Source: Utricularia gibba | Taxonomy: Eukaryota > Plantae > Magnoliophyta | Length of the DNA: 64,000 bases | Assembly (NCBI GenBank): GCA_002189035.1 | Contig: NEEC01000007.1 | Coordinates: 620,001-684,000, forward strand | Reading direction: 5' to 3' | Shown here: positions 26,937 to 40,439 of the stretch, piece by piece | How positions within the stretch are numbered: the stretch's first letter is position 1 | Layout: the number at the start of each line of letters is the position of its first letter | Program-made: the position numbers and the translations under genes | Notes under the pieces: model-generated | What the model was told of the DNA's origin: nothing | The model's database searches: none | The model's input: the letters and a program-made list of their open reading frames with translations, nothing else

Positions 26937-29545
26937 TCAGAAAACAGGGCATCCATCAACCTGGATTCCCGGCGCCGTCGGGCAATGGGCTAGTGGGCAA
27001 TGATCATCGGCGCTCAATCCCCACCATTCCGGCCCAGCAATTCCAGGATTCTGTAGCGTAAAGTAACAAATCGTCGCTAAAAACGCCACCCCTGCATCAA
27101 GCCCAGCCGATAGAATGTAATTGCGCCTAGCCCACCACCCCTTGTACCGTCTGTATACATAGAAATTGAAGAACAATCCCAGAGCAAACCAGCAATTGTA
27201 GTTCACGGGTTTCCCCCCGGGAAGAACTCCGGCTGCTGAAATCAAAACCGGCATGTTCACTAATGCAATCCATTTCTGCTCTGGGAATTTCTTGGATAAG
27301 TACCAAACTGGAATCGGAGCCAGCAGTCCGAACAAGAACCAGTAGTTCATTGTTGGATACACCCCAAGAGTTCCGAACACACGAAGGGGGCCAACAACTC
27401 CCCAGATAATGGACGCGTTGTAGAAAATAGCATCCCATGGGCAAGTCCAGGGGCTTCCGTCAGGTAGCATTGTTGGATCACAGATGTGCTCAACTGTTGT
27501 TAAAAGCCACCATGCCGTGGCAAAGCATACCATGTTTGAAATTATCGTTCCTGTGACCTTTTTCCAGAGAATTCTTATGTTAATGCTGAAAACTTTGATG
27601 AAAGAAATGGTTTTTCAACCTCAGAACTGTGGTTTACCTGAACTATGAACATGGATTTTGGTGGGATTTTCATGTAATGGCCAAGCTTGAAGTCTGCTAG
27701 AAAGTACAATGCTTGTCCCATGCTTATCGTGCTGTAGGTTTTGAATGTGACGTTTGCTAGAGGTTTCCCAGGAAGCATGTACCCCATGATCATCTCTGAG
27801 ATCACATTCAAACCAGGTCCCTACAACAGCAGAGTCATCACAATTTACAGATCATAAGAGATGAATGTATGGTGTATGCAGCATCGGAAATGCAAGTTAC
27901 TTGGTTTGTGGTGGCGTTGATGACTCCAATGGGAGAGTGAAAATGAACGCCAATGCCATGGCCATCAGAATACCCCACCATGGAAGCTGTAGTTGCCTGC
28001 CGAATCCTTCGCAGGAGTAGATAGATAAAGCTGTTACCACGATCATCAAAGAGTAAAACCACCACTGTGGAACAGGTTCGTAGTTCTTCTTCATCAGTCT
28101 GGAATGAACGTCTCCAAAAGTATCTTTTAATGATGCTTTTGTCTGATGCCAGATACTCCTGCCGCACAACTACATTAGAAAGAGGTGTTTGGTGCTGATT
28201 AAAAAAAAAGGGAAGAGGAATTTGATATGCTGCTGCATTCACCTTCCATAAAACAATGCAACATGTGTGAGTGTGGCCGCCAGAGTTGCAAAGCTTAAAC
28301 CATACATGTAAGCAAACAGCCCGGTAAGATAGAGTTTACTGTATGAATCATATGCTGGAAGATCGATTTCGAATGTCTTCTTTTCAAGGATCCTTGATAT
28401 GTTGTAACGGTGTCCATGAGAATCATAAAGGTTGGACGTCATGATGGGGAATTTTCGAGCATCATATAAGTTGGTCCAGTAGGATATCGGCATCAGAACA
28501 TAGAGAAACAGTATGTAGCCGACCAACATGTTGAATATTGCAAAAGCAGGAGTTGCCAAGGGACTGCCAAGGAAAGCAGCTGCTGTTGACCAATCTATGG
28601 CGAAAGCCCCTACCCCGAAGCCATGGATTCCAGATCCTATTTGCTGGGCCGTGACTGATTGCTTCCAGATCCAACAAACAAAGGAAAGCGCTGTGATAGT
28701 TGGAAACAGGTAATTTGGGATAAGGTAATACGCGAAGCTACATATAAAGACAGTTAAGAAGAACTGCATTCTTGTGAGTCCCCCTTTTTGCCTTTCTTCT
28801 TCCTCATGCAATGCTCTGAAGAGGGAAACTTGTACAAGATTTGAAGGCCACCACATATATGGGGAATCGACAAGAAACTTCCTAAAAAGGCCAGCCCAGC
28901 CGTATCCCAGCAGCTGTTGTAACGCAATGTTTCAGATCAGAGGAACCAGGTGAAAAAAAGCTGGATGCTTTCATCTTGAAACCAGACATAAATGTTACCT
29001 GTGTAGTATTTGTAACTATGATCGCCACAACTGGGCTCAAGGGGCGATGATAAAATGCCTTCATGATCGTAAGGATGCCGATTGCGAAGGCAGTATTTGA
29101 ACCAACACTGGCAAACATGGTGATCAAGGTATGCTCCTTCTTGTTGAAGGGCCCTGGATTCAAGGAGAATGTCCATTTTGTGCCTGGGAAACGGAATTTC
29201 TTGGTGGGCAGTGTTGCAGCCATGAACCTCCCAATTGGGAGCACCAGAAGCTGAGCAGAAACCGACGAGATTGACAACGAGTTCTCTCTGTACTGAAAGA
29301 ACTGATTCAAGAACGCCAACGTTGCGCATGATATCATTCCCAGCAGCCACGTTCGAAACGTTAAGCAGGGGAGCGTCGGATCATCGTACGGCGGCACCGT
29401 CATCCGGACTTCCTCAATGGGAGAATCATTGATTTCCTCTGCAACACATTCAACCTCTGCTCAAGCCACAAAAACACACCAAAACCAAGTAAGCATCTCT
29501 CTCACCTTCACTTTTCTCTATAGGTTCCTGCAGTGGGGCGTCCAT
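26937..29545 (-). CDS. Oligopeptide transporter, OPT1/OPT5 clade (tandem copy A)
   Basis: [66 protein letters not shown]...GCPVF*. One-base frameshift at 27931-27933 (LP[I]GVINATTNQ), where copy B is intact. Confidence 0.93.
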
Positions 29546-29635
29546 CTTTGCAGCAAGAAACAAGCTTACCCCCGTGTCAATGCAAGCCTGGACATCTATC
29601 CATGGATCTAATATAGTGCAAGGTGAATTCAGTTG

Positions 29636-29693
29636 CTAATAAAATACAGTTTCTGTCATTTGGGGTCAGAGTTTCTCTACTGCATTCACTGAT
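29636..29693 (-). promoter_or_regulatory. TATA-proximal element shared by the two tandem OPT genes (copy A)
   Basis: Plus strand ctaataaaatacagtt...gagtttctctactgcattcactgat matches ctaataaattacagtt...gagtttgctcactgcattaactgat at 34296-34346. Flanking promoter sequence is diverged. Confidence 0.5.
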
Positions 29694-29974
29694 TATTATT
29701 ACATGGCCTTGTGGCTACCTAGGATCGACCAGATCCTCAGTCAAAGCTTTGGACTCCCCCCCAAGTTAAAACATTATATTGACAAGGAGTAGTGTTCTTC
29801 TTCTGGAAGCACTGTGAGATTGAAGATGATGTAGAATACTCCTCCTCTACACTGTAACGTGGACCAACTGCAAGCTCATAATGCTCGTCTAGGTCGGCCA
29901 TACACAAACCTTTCTACTGCACATTTGTTACCCTCACACTCTGATTCTACTTATCCAAAATAGTATATAATTTT

Positions 29975-30204
29975 AAGTATTGTTGTGAAATTTTTGAAAC
30001 TTATTTTTATTTTTTAATTATTTTAGAAAAATATAAATAAAAAGTAAAAATAAACTATTTTTTTATTTTTTCAAAAATAATTTTATAATACAATTTCAAA
30101 AATATTTTTTGATAGAAATATTTTTACAATTGATATTATTCTAGAACAACATTATTTTTATTTTTGAAAAGTAAAAATATATTTAAAAAATATTCCAAAA
30201 CACA
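29975..30204. mobile_element. AT-rich MITE-like element, degenerate copy related to 48511-48729
   Basis: 30061-30204 (ttattttttcaaaaataatttt...ttttacaatt...ttctagaa...ccaaaacac) aligns with 48585-48729. Confidence 0.5.
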
Positions 30205-31545
30205 ACTTTAAATTATTCATATAAGATTGATATATATATTCTAATTAATCAAACAATCGTTTATATATAAATTTGAATATAAACCTTTTATATTATACTA
30301 TCAAACAACTTCTTAATAATTTATTATCTTTTAATAATAATTTTTTAAAAAATAAATTTATTTTTTATATACAATTTTAAATAAATCTATCAAATATAAT
30401 ATATTTTCAATACTATATATCAAATAAACTTTTAATTGTAATGACATTATAAAAGTTTATTGATCAAGGTAAATAATTTAAATATATTATTAATTCAATA
30501 TATATCAATTCATAATTACCAAAATTCTCATAAAGCTGGATACATAAAATAGAAATGAATTTAAAAAGTAATCATTCTTCTTTTCAGTGTATGATAAAAA
30601 TAAATATTGTATGTATAAAAAATTAGTCTTAATGACTGAGATAGAAAGCAGTGATGATTAATTTTAAAAAATGGACACATAACATGGGATGATCCTATTT
30701 ATCTAAAATAATTTAAATATATGATTTAATGGATCCCTAGAATATTGTCACGATCTTCTTTTTTAGAATCTAGAAATGCTACTAATCGGTGATCAAAATC
30801 GATTTTTACAGTACAGTCACTGGAGGAAATTAGTGTTCGAGTGTAATTATGGGCAATAATGACAATTAATACCTCTAAGACACCACTTACTTGTAGGTGT
30901 GGAAAAAGAATATCATAAAGCTCATGGGCCAGAAAATAATTATTCCAAAAGAATTATGGCGTCCACTCGCGTTAATGCATCTGGCGGTTTAGAATTAATT
31001 TACAAGCTCTTGCCTTTATCCGCATCTTAAATCAAAAAATCAATTCTTGTTTTGAAAATTACCTTTAACCTCTAATAAAATTGATTTTTGAAAATGACTC
31101 TAATTCTATAAGTAGTCTGTTTTATAATTTGAAATTTATTTTAGATTATACAATCGTTTTGAAAATATTTGTATAAAATCAATTTAATTAGTTTATTATT
31201 TAATTACTGAAACAAAGATATAGTAAATTCAATAATTCTAAAGTTAATCTTAAAGTCAAAATTTTTTTGAATTTTTAAAGAACCAATAAAGATTAAAATT
31301 TTGTATAAATAATTCTAAGAATCCTCTCTACATGGAGGTAGATAAATGTGTTATTTATTATCAGAATTACTTATCATTTTTTTTTGTATTTTATATATGA
31401 ATCAATTTTACAAATCTTTTTTTAATTTTTAAATTAAGGTGATTTATTATTATCGTTGTTATTATTGGAATAAACAAAAGTAAAAAGTATGATGCGTGGT
31501 GAAGTAATTGAAAAAAAAAAACACCAATTCCAAACTTGTCGGTTT

Positions 31546-34224
31546 TTAGAAAACAGGGCATCCTTCGACCTGGATTCCCGGCGCCGTGGGGCAATGAGCC
31601 AATGGGCAATGGTCGTCGGAGTCCAGTCCCCACCATTCCGGCCCAGCGATTCCGGGGTTCTGTAGCGTGAAGTAGCAAATGGTTGCCAAAAATGCCACCC
31701 CGGAGTCAAGCCCAGCGGATAGAATGTAATTGCGCCTCGCCCACCAGTCCTTGTATCGTCTGTATACGAAGAAATTGAAGAACAATCCGAAAGCAAACCA
31801 CGCAGTGTAGTTCACGGGTTTGGACTGTGGTAGCACTCCAGCCGAACCGATCAAAACAGGCATGTTCACTTGTCTGATCCATTTCTTTTCTGGGTATTTT
31901 TTAGACAAGTACCAAACTGGAATCGGAGCCAGGATCCCGAAGAGGAAGAAGTAGTTCAATCTTATATACAGCCCAAGAGATCCGAAGACGCGAAGAGGGC
32001 CAACAACTCCCCAGATTATGGAGGCGTTGTAGAAAACGGTATCCGAAGGGCATGTCCAGGGGCTTCCGTCAGGTAGTAGTGCCGGGTTACAGATGTTTTC
32101 GACTGTTGTTAGAAGCCACCACGCGGTGCCAAAGCATACCATGTTTGAAATTATTGTTCCTGTGACCTGTATTTCAGTGGATTCGTATGTTAGTGGAGAA
32201 AGATTCGTCGAAAGGTATGATTTTTGAATTTCAGAAATGAGGTACCTGAACGATGAACATGGATTTCGGTGGGATTTTCATGTAATGACCAAGCTTGAAA
32301 TCCTGTAGAAAGTACAATGCTTGTTGCATGCTTATTGTGCTATATGTTTTGAATGTCACGTTTGCAAGAGGTTTCCCCGGAAGCATGTACCCCATAATCA
32401 TCTCTGAGATCACATTCAAACCAGGCCCCTACACCAGCAGATTGTTGCAGGTTCAGTTGATCAAGGGGAATGTATACACTGTCTACAGAAAAGGGAGTGC
32501 AAGTTTTACTTGGTTTGTAGTGGCGTTGATGACTCCAACGGGTAAAGTGAAGATAAATGCCAATCCCATGGCCATCAGAACACCCCACCATGGAAGTTGT
32601 AGTTGTCTTCCGAATCCTTCGCAGGCAAACAAAGCGAAACCCGTTGCAATGATCATCAAGGTATAGAACCACCATTGTGGTACAGCTTCGTAGTTCTTCT
32701 TCATCAATCTGGAATGAACATCTCCAAAACTATCTTTCAATGATGCTTTTGTCTGTTGCCAGATTGTCCTGAACCACAACTATGTTAGAATGAGATGGTT
32801 GGCGCTGAAGAAAAAAACAAGAGGAATTTGGTATGCTTCATTCACCTTCCATAAAACAGTGCAACATGTGCCAGCGTGGCTGCCAGAGTTGCGAAGCTTA
32901 GCCCATATGAGCAAGCAAACAGCACGGTAAGATTGAGTTTGCTGTAAGAATTATACTTTGCAAGGTTGATTTGGAATGATTTCTGTTCAAGAATTCTTGA
33001 TATGTTGTACCGTTGTCCATATGAATCATATACATTAGCAGTCATGAGGGGGAACTTCTGAGCACCGAACAAGTTGGTCCAGTAGGATATTGGCATCAAA
33101 ACATAGAGAAAAAGTATGTAGCCAACCAGCATGTTGAATATTGCAAAAGCAGGAGTGGCCAAAGGACTGCCAAGGAAAGCAGCAGCAGTGGCCCAATCTA
33201 CGGCAAAAGCCCCAACGCCAAACCCATGGATCCCAGATCCTATCAGTTGTGCTGTGACAGAGTTTTTCCATATCCAGCAAACAAAAGAAAGAGCTGTAAT
33301 GGTTGGAAACAGGTAATTGGGGATCAAATAGTATGCAAAGCTGCAGATAAAGACAGTTACGAAGAACTGGAGCCTTGAGAGTCCCCCTTTTTGCCTAACA
33401 TCTTGATCATGCAATGCTCTGAATAGAGAAACTTGTACAAGATCCAAAGGCCACCACATATATGGAGAATCAACCAGAAACTTCCTAAAAATGCCAGCCC
33501 AGCCGTACCCCAGCAGCTGTTACAAGATGAGTTTTCAGATAAAAGGAATAAGGTAACAGCTTGCTTGTTTCATCTTGAGGCAGAGCATATCTGCTTTGAA
33601 TTTTGTTTAAATGTTACCTGTGAAGTGTTGGTAAGGATGATGGCCACGACAGGGCTCAAGGGGCGATGGTAAAATGCCTTCATGATGTTAAGAATGCCGA
33701 TGGCATATGCAGTATTCGCTCCAACACTGGCAAACATGGTGATCAAGGTATGCTCCTTTTTGTTAAAGGGCCCTGGATTGACGCAGAATGACCATTTTGT
33801 GCCTGGGAAACGGTATCTCCTCCTTGGCATAGTTGCAGCCATGAACTTGGCGATGGGGAGCACCAAAAGTTGGGCAGAGACCGATGTTATGTACAACGCG
33901 TTCTCTCTGTATGAGAAGAACTGGTTCAAGAAAGCCAAGGTTGCACATGATATCATTCCCAGCAGCCATGTTCGAAACGTCAGACATGGGAGTGTAGGAT
34001 CATCATAAGGTGGCACCGTCAACCGGACTTGCTCTATAGGAGAATCGTTGATTTCTTCTGCACCTGTAGCAGGCAAAGCTCAACTCAAGCCAGAGAAACA
34101 CACCACAAAACAAGACATCAGACATATATATGTACTCCACAATGGTCTCACCTTCACTTTTCTTCTCTACAGGTTCTTGTTGTGGGCTGTCAACCGGCAT
34201 CGTCTTGCTCTCTGAAAACTCCAT
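31546..34224 (-). CDS. Oligopeptide transporter, OPT1/OPT5 clade (tandem copy B)
   Basis: Same six-exon structure and motifs as copy A ([45 protein letters not shown]). Reading frame intact. Confidence 0.94.
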
Positions 34225-34295
34225 CTTTCAACACAGCACAAGCAGGCCCATTCCACCTTTGGATATATAAGTTCAATGGAAGGTATACTGAAATC

Positions 34296-34355
34296 CTAAT
34301 AAATTACAGTTAAGAGAAGTTGAGTTTGCTCACTGCATTAACTGATCACTGCATT
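34296..34355 (-). promoter_or_regulatory. TATA-proximal element shared by the two tandem OPT genes (copy B)
   Basis: Homologous to 29636-29693. The actgcatt core occurs twice here, about 25-85 bp upstream of a TATA-like cttatatatcc at 34261-34271. Confidence 0.5.
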
Positions 34356-36771
34356 ATCTCTCTCCATCTCTATCTAGCTGTGACCAAGACTTCTTGATAC
34401 CCCCTTACCCCTACACATGCTTCTTCATGTACATGTAAGCAATGTCACAGGGACCAACAACAAGCTCAACAATCTTCATTGCAATTCAATCAAAACCGAA
34501 ACGGTGTAATCGATCCGCCAAAGGGGTTGTTCCTCTATGTGCCATCTATACCAACTTGGAGAAAGATGTTTTACACAGCAAAACAACAAAGGGGAATGGA
34601 GGCCGCTTAAGCAGGATCCAAGAAAATCGGGATGCGATAATGGAGAGTTACTGCATTTGACATACTGCTACATGCCGTTGTGGACTTTCTCCGTAGGGGT
34701 GGAAAGGAATATTATTATGATTTGTGGACCAAAAAGTAATTAAAATTCATATGATCCAACCAAGTGGCAATTTAGGAGAAGGTAGATCAAACTTGGATAC
34801 CTCTATTTAATGGGAATTCAAATTTTCCCAGTAAAACAAAATAAATAAAGGGTTTTTTTTTAACTCCATTGGGCTACAACTTTTATCATATTCACCCTTT
34901 TGGCCCAGGGTCACGGCCCATATAATTTCACGAATCATGCAATTTAAAGTTTTCTTAATTAAACGATTTTTAATTTATTTTTTCATCTATTTTAAACACA
35001 TGTGCTAAATATACTTACAATTTCAATTTTAATTAAAAATAAAATATATTTTGTATTCCGAAAATATATTGGCACGATTGCCACGCGGGGCCCATTAGGT
35101 GAAGTGATGGGCTGTCGGGCCCAGCCACGCACGACACGAGCCCAGAATGTCAGGCGCTAGCCGCCAAATTGGACCCAATACCAAATAAATAAATAAATAA
35201 ACGATGACGACAAGGTGGTACCTTTTGAATGGTCGTCTTTGTATAATAAATAAATAAATAAATTTAGTTTTTCATAATAAAAAATTCTGGATTAATAAAA
35301 TGAATTAATTGGAAGAGGACCGGAGAACATGCAAAGCATGAAACGACAACACGGCACTAAGCAGTAAGGAGACAGACCAAAAACGCTAAGGCCAAAATTG
35401 TCTTAAAGTCGTCATACTTTTATCCCCGCTTTATCCTTTTCAATGCTCCTCTCTCTCCACTGTCTTATCTTTTTTTTTAATTACACGTGGATAATGGATA
35501 TTAATTATTGTCTTTTTTTCTATAATTTTTAATTAATAAAAAATAGAGGGTTTTGAGGAGGAGGTTTAATTAATGTACACAAATTAGGATTTAATGGGTA
35601 ATTAAACAGTTTGTATGATGACTGGTGGAGAGATTACTGGTTCGACTGCTTTTTCTTTGTCAGTTTGACCGGTGAAGACCCAGTCGTGAATTTTGTATTT
35701 GATCGTCATTAAAGGCTTTGGATTGATTCCCCGTCAGTTTTATTGCGTAAAGCATCTCATTTGATTGCCCCTGCTCTCGCTCTCCTACACTTGGTGGTTG
35801 CGGCTGCCAGAAGCTTTTTGCAACGAAGTGGATTGGGCGTAATGCGAAGACAACCGGAGAAAGGGCTTCGTCGTCAACCGGGGGTATTGAAGAAGGATCA
35901 ATTCTGCGTCTTTCTTCTTCGGTTTCGTGATTATTTCACATGGGGTTTCGGATTTATGGTGGGTGATTTGGATCTGTGACTGGGTGTGAGTTTTCTGTTC
36001 TTTTTGATGATGAAGATCTGATTTTTATTGGAATTTTGAGGTGAAATATGGGTTAATGGGTGGGATTGGAATCATGACTTGCCATCAGAAAAAAAAAAAA
36101 AAACTACTGCGTTTTCTCAGATGCTGACTTAGAGTCAGAGTCTATTTCCTTTTATTTTGCATCAGTGGTCCTTGATTCGCAGGTTAAATGATTTTCATTT
36201 TCCAGGGACACAAGGGCTCTCCTTTTTCCGGATTTATGGAACTAGTTTTGGATTACTGTGATGTTAAACTATTCTTTTGAGGAGAAAAGTTTTCCCTATG
36301 CATTGTTTTGATTGACCAGTTCCGTGAATTTTTCTGCTATCACTCTCTTCTTTTGTTGAGCTTTTGCTAAAGTATCCTGCAGCTTTGCGTTCAAGGTATC
36401 TTTTCAGTGTGATTTACACTCTTGTTTTTCCTTTTGATGCCTTCCCCACTCGAATGAATGAGGGAAAAGTGAATCTTGTTGCAGGTTTATTTGTGGGTTT
36501 TTAGTTGAGCATTACACGTTTGAAGCATTTGGCTCAAGATCTTCTGATTTTCGCCATCTTGAAATGTGTTATATTGACTTGTTCTTTACCTCTTAAGATT
36601 CGCTGCTTTAAGGGTTTTTGCATGAGCCATTGTGATTTGCGTCAGCATTGTTCTTTTTTCGCAGTGAGGAGATGAGATTTGCAGTCTTGAAGCTGCAGGA
36701 ATTGTGGAATTTATAGTATTTTGAAACTGCCCTTTTTCAAGTTCATATTTTCGAGAGTAGTGTCTCTGTTG

Positions 36772-38554
36772 ATGGCTTCTTCGAAGGCTACCTCTAGACT
36801 GCCTTCAGAACTACATCATCATGCAGTTGTTGAGAATAATGGCCTTGATCCTTCGAAATCAAACAAGATGCAGATGACAATGGCTAGAAGTGAAATGTCT
36901 AAACCTGAGACTATCAGGGAGGGAGTGAGCAAAAGCATTGAATCTAAAAGATCTCCACCAGATAGTGATTGTCCGGATGACCGAGGGTCGCTAGAAACCT
37001 CATTAAAGGCTTGTAAACTAAGCAGTGTGAAGAACAGCTCAGTTTCTGCAAAGGCATCGAATGAAGGTACCAAATTTATGGAGTCTTCTGAATTAGGAAG
37101 TACTACATGCAGAGGGAGCACAGGCAGTGATATAAGTGAGGAAAGCACAAGCAGCAGCTTCAGCAGAAGTGTCAACAAACCCCACAAAGCAAATGATACC
37201 AGATGGGAAGCCATTCAGGCGATCCGGTCCCAGGACGGGGTGCTGGGGTTGAACCACTTCAGGTTACTGAAAAGATTAGGATGTGGAGATATTGGTAGCG
37301 TTTATCTGGCTGAACTCAGTGGAAGTGGCTGCCATTTTGCGATGAAAGTTATGGACAAGGCTTCTCTTGCTACCCGTAAGAAGCTTCTTCGTGCTCAGAC
37401 AGAACGGGAGATACTTCAGTCGCTTGACCATCCATTCCTTCCTACGCTGTATGCGCACTTCGATACAGAGAAATTTTCCTGCCTGGTTATGGAATTTTGT
37501 CCCGGAGGAGACCTTCATACTCTTAGACAGAGGCAACCAGGGAAATACTTCCATGAGCAAGCTGTGAAGTAAGATTCTTTTGCAGCTTCCTACTCTGAAT
37601 AGAGTCATCGTGATACTATTCTGATTAAGAACAATACCAGAGTGCATAGGCTGCATTGGTTCAACATGCTAACCTCTTGGTCTCTTGGTTTTGTGCAGAT
37701 TCTATGTGGCTGAGGTGCTGCTTTCTCTAGAGTACCTTCATATGCTCGGAGTTGTGTATCGTGATCTAAAGCCTGAAAATGTTCTTGTCAGAGAAGATGG
37801 GCACATAATGCTTTCCGACTTCGACCTCTCGCTTCGATGTGCTGTGAGCCCAACTCTTGTGAAAGCTCAGGCCGCCGCTGATCCTGATGGCAACCGCAAG
37901 TCCTCCACTTTTTTTGTCCAGCCTGCTTGCATCGAGCCATCGTGCATTCAGCCAGCATGCGTTGTGCCCACAACATGCTTCTCATCTGGTTTCTTTTCAA
38001 CTAAACCTAAGAAGAACAGAAAACCAAAGGCTGATCTTGGCAACCAAGTAACGCCACTGCCTGAGCTGATTGCTGAGCCAAACACAGCAAGATCAATGTC
38101 TTTTGTTGGAACACATGAGTATCTTGCCCCTGAGATAATCAAAGGCGAAGGCCACGGCAGCGCCGTCGACTGGTGGACTTTCGGAATCTTTCTCTACGAG
38201 CTATTGTTTGGGAAAACACCATTCAAAGGATCAGGCAACAGAGCCACCTTGTTCAATGTTGTAGGCCAGCCCCTTCGCTTCCCTGACTCTCCGGTAGTCA
38301 GCTTTGCTGCTAGGGATCTGATCCGGGGCCTGCTCGTGAAGGAGCCGCAGCATCGCCTGGCGTATAAAAGAGGCGCAACGGAGATCAAACAGCACCCCTT
38401 CTTTGAAGGAGTGAACTGGGCACTAATACGCTGTGCCACACCTCCAGAGGTTCCAAAGCCTGTTGATTTTGATCGTATCACAACTCCTGCAGCACCAGCT
38501 GCCACAACTGCACAGAAGAAGGCTGAAGGATACCTGGAGTTTGATTTCTTCTAG
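36772..38554 (+). CDS. AGCVIII kinase, D6 PROTEIN KINASE family (D6PKL-like)
   Basis: Exons 36772-37568 and 37699-38554. [29 protein letters not shown], Cys-rich insert, [14 protein letters not shown] and C-terminal YLEFDFF*. Confidence 0.94.
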
Positions 38555-38763
38555 TTGAAATAAAGCCAGGGGCTTCCAAGTTCAACTGCTGAGATAAGTA
38601 ACTACTCTCCCAATGCTCTTTCTTTTTCTGAAATTTGCCTTGGACTTGTATGTATTTTTTCTGGATATTAGTATGCTCATGCTACTTATGTTTTAATTAC
38701 AGAGTTTTGGTAAGTATCAATCAAGCTCTGATGAGTATCTGAAACGCTCTAATTTTCTGGCCT

Positions 38764-40439
38764 TCAAGAGATGGCTTTTGCTTCTGCTTCCTTCTTCTCG
38801 TTCAACTGCCATTTCTGTAGTTCGGTCTCTACAGCGCTCTTTGCGGCCTCTGCCATCTCCATCTTCTTCATTGCGTTGTTGATTTCGGCTTTCAGAGATG
38901 CGTTCTCGTTTGCGATCATCTCTGTTTTCTCCAAGATCAGTTTCACTCTTGCTTTGATGGCTTCCGCCTCAGCTCTGGCTCCTTCTTCTATGTTGTTGGC
39001 CTCATTCATGCGTTCTTTGATCCCTGTCTTCATTGAGGTGAGAGCATCGATTGAGATCGTGATCCTTTTTGATTCTGCAAGTTTTGATCTTGCTTCATCT
39101 GATCGTTGTTTGGAAATCTCGGCTTCTGCTAGTGCAACAGTTAGCTTGTTTTCAGCTTCTCTGGCCTCCATTCTTGCCACTTGGGCTACCATCTTTAGTA
39201 ACTCAGCATTCTTCCTGGCATCCTCAGCTTCTGCTTGAGATTCTCTCGTTTCAGCTGCAATCTTGCAGAGGAGTGGCGCCATTGCTGATTGAAGTTCGCC
39301 TTTGAGGTTTAGTAAATCGGAATGCATTTTTTCTAGAACAGATTCGACTTCCACCGCCGACTTCTCTGCCTCCAAGCGCTGCCGTTTCACCGCCGAAAGC
39401 TCCTCCTCTGCCGACCTGAGAGAACTTCTCAGGGAACTCTCCTCGATCAGAACTTGTTCAAGAGACTTCTCACAATTCTCGAGCTCAGAAACTGCAATCT
39501 CCAGGGAGTTCAAATCCTTCGCTCTCATCTCATTCTGTTCTAGTCTGATAAAGACCATCTCTTCATCCATACTACAAATCTTCTCCTCCAAATGCTCTTC
39601 GGATTCCAATTCTCGTCTCAGATTCTTGATCTTTGTTTCAGCTTCCTCAATGGCGGATTTTATAGTTGAAATTTGAGTTTCCTTCTCCCCCATGACCTTA
39701 TCATGCTCGTGTTCTATATTTTCAGCTGCAATATTTCCCCGATCAACCTTCTCTCGGATCTCAGCTACTTCTTCTGAAAGTTGTCGCTGACGTTCCAATT
39801 GCTCTTTTCTGCATAGTTCAACCTGCTCTGTTTTCTGAGTCAGGGCAAGTTTTTCCTCCATGGCTGCATCAAAATCCTTCCTGAGATTCTCAATGTCCTC
39901 TTTAGCTTCAATGAGCTTGTCTTTGCAGATCTTGTGAAGCTGCCTTTGATTCTCGAGAGCGTGAGGCCGCATCGATCGCTCTAACTCGAGTTCCCTGTAC
40001 CTACTCCTCGCAGCTTCGGCTGCGACGATCGATGCTCGCCTCGATTCGCTGAGCTTCTCAAGCTTGCCTGTGAGCTCTTGAAAGGTGGCGTTGGCCTTGT
40101 GAAGCTGCTGCAATGCTTGTGACTTCCCGATCTGTGCATTCTTCAGCTGTTGCTTGTAGTAATCCACCTCCCTTAAGATCATCAAATGCTGCGTCTCCTT
40201 CTCCAAAACTCTCTGCACAAACAAATCTATCACCTCAACAGGAGGAAGTTTTCATATAACGCCCCTACCTCTTCAGCTGCAGATCGTTTGTTCACGAATG
40301 TTATCTTCGGAGAGCCAGCGTCTCGGAAGAGGCTGACGGCGGCCTTGACGGATTGGAAGGGTGCGCGAGTGTCGATGTCCGCGGGAGAATCGGCTGCTTC
40401 CATGGAAACCGCCTCATTCTCCCATGCTTTCACCGTCAT
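38764..40439 (-). CDS. WEB-family (DUF827) coiled-coil protein
   Basis: DIDTRAPFQSVKAAVSLF signature, a 56-nt intron (40213-40268), then a long Glu/Lys/Ala coiled-coil exon starting RVLEKETQHLM. Confidence 0.88.

Noticed and set aside
38771-39676. Ser/Ala-rich plus-strand ORFs
   Set aside because: Antisense to the WEB coiled-coil exon; the lack of stops follows from its codon composition.
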